64,000 nucleotides of DNA, from assembly GCA_951406725.2 (NCBI GenBank), contig OX597817.1, positions 172,794,001 to 172,858,000 of the forward strand. The letters are read 5' to 3'. Position numbers and translations under genes: made by a program. Shown piece by piece: positions 62,828 through 64,000 of this stretch (positions are counted from its first letter, which is position 1; every line of letters starts with the position of its first letter). This stretch comes from Octopus vulgaris (Eukaryota). The notes below the pieces were generated by a model. It made no database searches and was not told the origin of the DNA. It worked only from the letters and a program-made list of their open reading frames with translations.

Positions 62828-63916
62828 TTGAAAGTTTGGAAACATAGCTGAAGTGCAAAGACAATTGAGGAGGGAGTCTCAAAACAAATCCATTTACGTA
62901 ACAGAATTAGACACAAGTTTGAAGCAGATGGAAGTGTTCAGAATGTCCACAAGAAATGTTCCAGAAGACTGCAGACACTGAAAAGCCCCACAAAGCAAGA
63001 AAGGGTGTTAGAAGCATATTGTTGGGCTTCAAGAAAATGTGTACAACAAATGCACCATGAGATAGAAATTTCAAAATCATGTCTCCATCACATTTTGAAG
63101 CATTGTCATTGGACAAATTACATTCCAAGAATAATCCATACTCTCAATGAAGATGATCCGGACTGAAAGTGGAGTTTTGTGAGTGGTACTGTGAAAAATG
63201 CATAGAATATGCAAACTTTCCTACAAAGATTGTTTGGAGAGATGAGGCTACATTTATATTAAATGGCTCAATTGTTTACCACAATTGCACCTACTGGAGA
63301 CGGAGAATCCATACATTAAGAAGGAATAGTCTGTTAATTTACCAAGAGTTACAGTATGGTGCAGCTTATTAAAAGGATTAATGGGACCATTCTTTTTGAC
63401 AGTAACTATGACTGATTCCATTTACTTGAACTTGCTACTAGAACCTGTCATACCAATGAGTTTTATTTCCAGCAAAATAGGGCACCCCTATAATACCATT
63501 GTAATGTAAGTCTCTACTTTGATAAAATTTTCCAAACAAGTGGAATGAATGAAGTGGTTCAGTAGAATAATCTCTGCTTTTTCTGGATCTCACATCATTA
63601 GATTTTTTTATGGGGATACATAAAGATAAAGTTTATGGTACAAAACCAACAATAGTCAACATATTGAGGACACCCAGTGTACGAGAATGCACACACATAC
63701 TGAATGAAATGTTTCTTGGTGCTTGTGGTTCTATTGCTTTGCATTATCAGCAGTGCCTGGACCATAACAGTCAACAGTTTGAAAACAGATGTTCATAGAA
63801 ATATTGAATTCTGTGTGTAGATTCTATTAAATTTTGAAAATGAAATGTATTCTAAAATAAACGCAGGCTTTATAATCATGCAATGTGTGAATAGATATTT
63901 TTTAGGAAACTTTGTA
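62828..63916 (+). mobile_element. Decayed Tc1/mariner-superfamily transposase element
   Basis: Frameshifted FCEWYCE...[47 protein letters not shown]; putative right end at about 63890-63916. Confidence 0.8.
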
Positions 63917-63937
63917 TAAAGTTCTTATATAAGAAAA

Positions 63938-64000
63938 CTAGCAGCATAGCTCGGCATTGCCCGGGTATGTAAGAGCCCCTAGTGGGCAACAACTAATCCC
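63938..64000 (-). mobile_element. Helitron 3' terminus, element runs out of the window
   Basis: Minus strand CCCGGGCAATGCCGAG hairpin then GCTGCTAG|T. Confidence 0.7.

Overview
AT-rich, repeat-dense animal genomic DNA. The repeat families (tRNA-headed SINEs, RTE tails ending CGGACGTTAAACGATGATG, long microsatellites) look cephalopod, most likely Octopus; that assignment is pattern recognition, not a search result. The window holds the 3' part of one minus-strand gene, an MCTP (multiple C2 and transmembrane domain protein). I assembled 15 coding exons by hand from 35753 to the stop at 2348 (1650 nt, 549 aa + stop). All splice phases fit, and the exons encode C2B, C2C, two hydrophobic membrane segments and the C-terminus. 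One intron uses a GC donor. I found no C2A or N-terminal exons, so the upstream intron is probably over 28 kb. Introns carry SINEs, RTE/CR1/R4-Dong LINE ends, Tc1/mariner and pogo-type MITEs, non-autonomous Helitrons and Penelope-like remnants. Best leads: an apparently intact hammerhead ribozyme with a long branched stem II (25633-25722); a tRNA-headed element carrying a hammerhead motif and an inverted head copy (10655-10971); a decayed 28S rRNA fragment; many inverted repeats that could form dsRNA in the pre-mRNA (editing or back-splicing candidates); and an unexplained exact 40-bp hairpin repeat. Nearly all ORFs in the supplied track are microsatellite or repeat artefacts.
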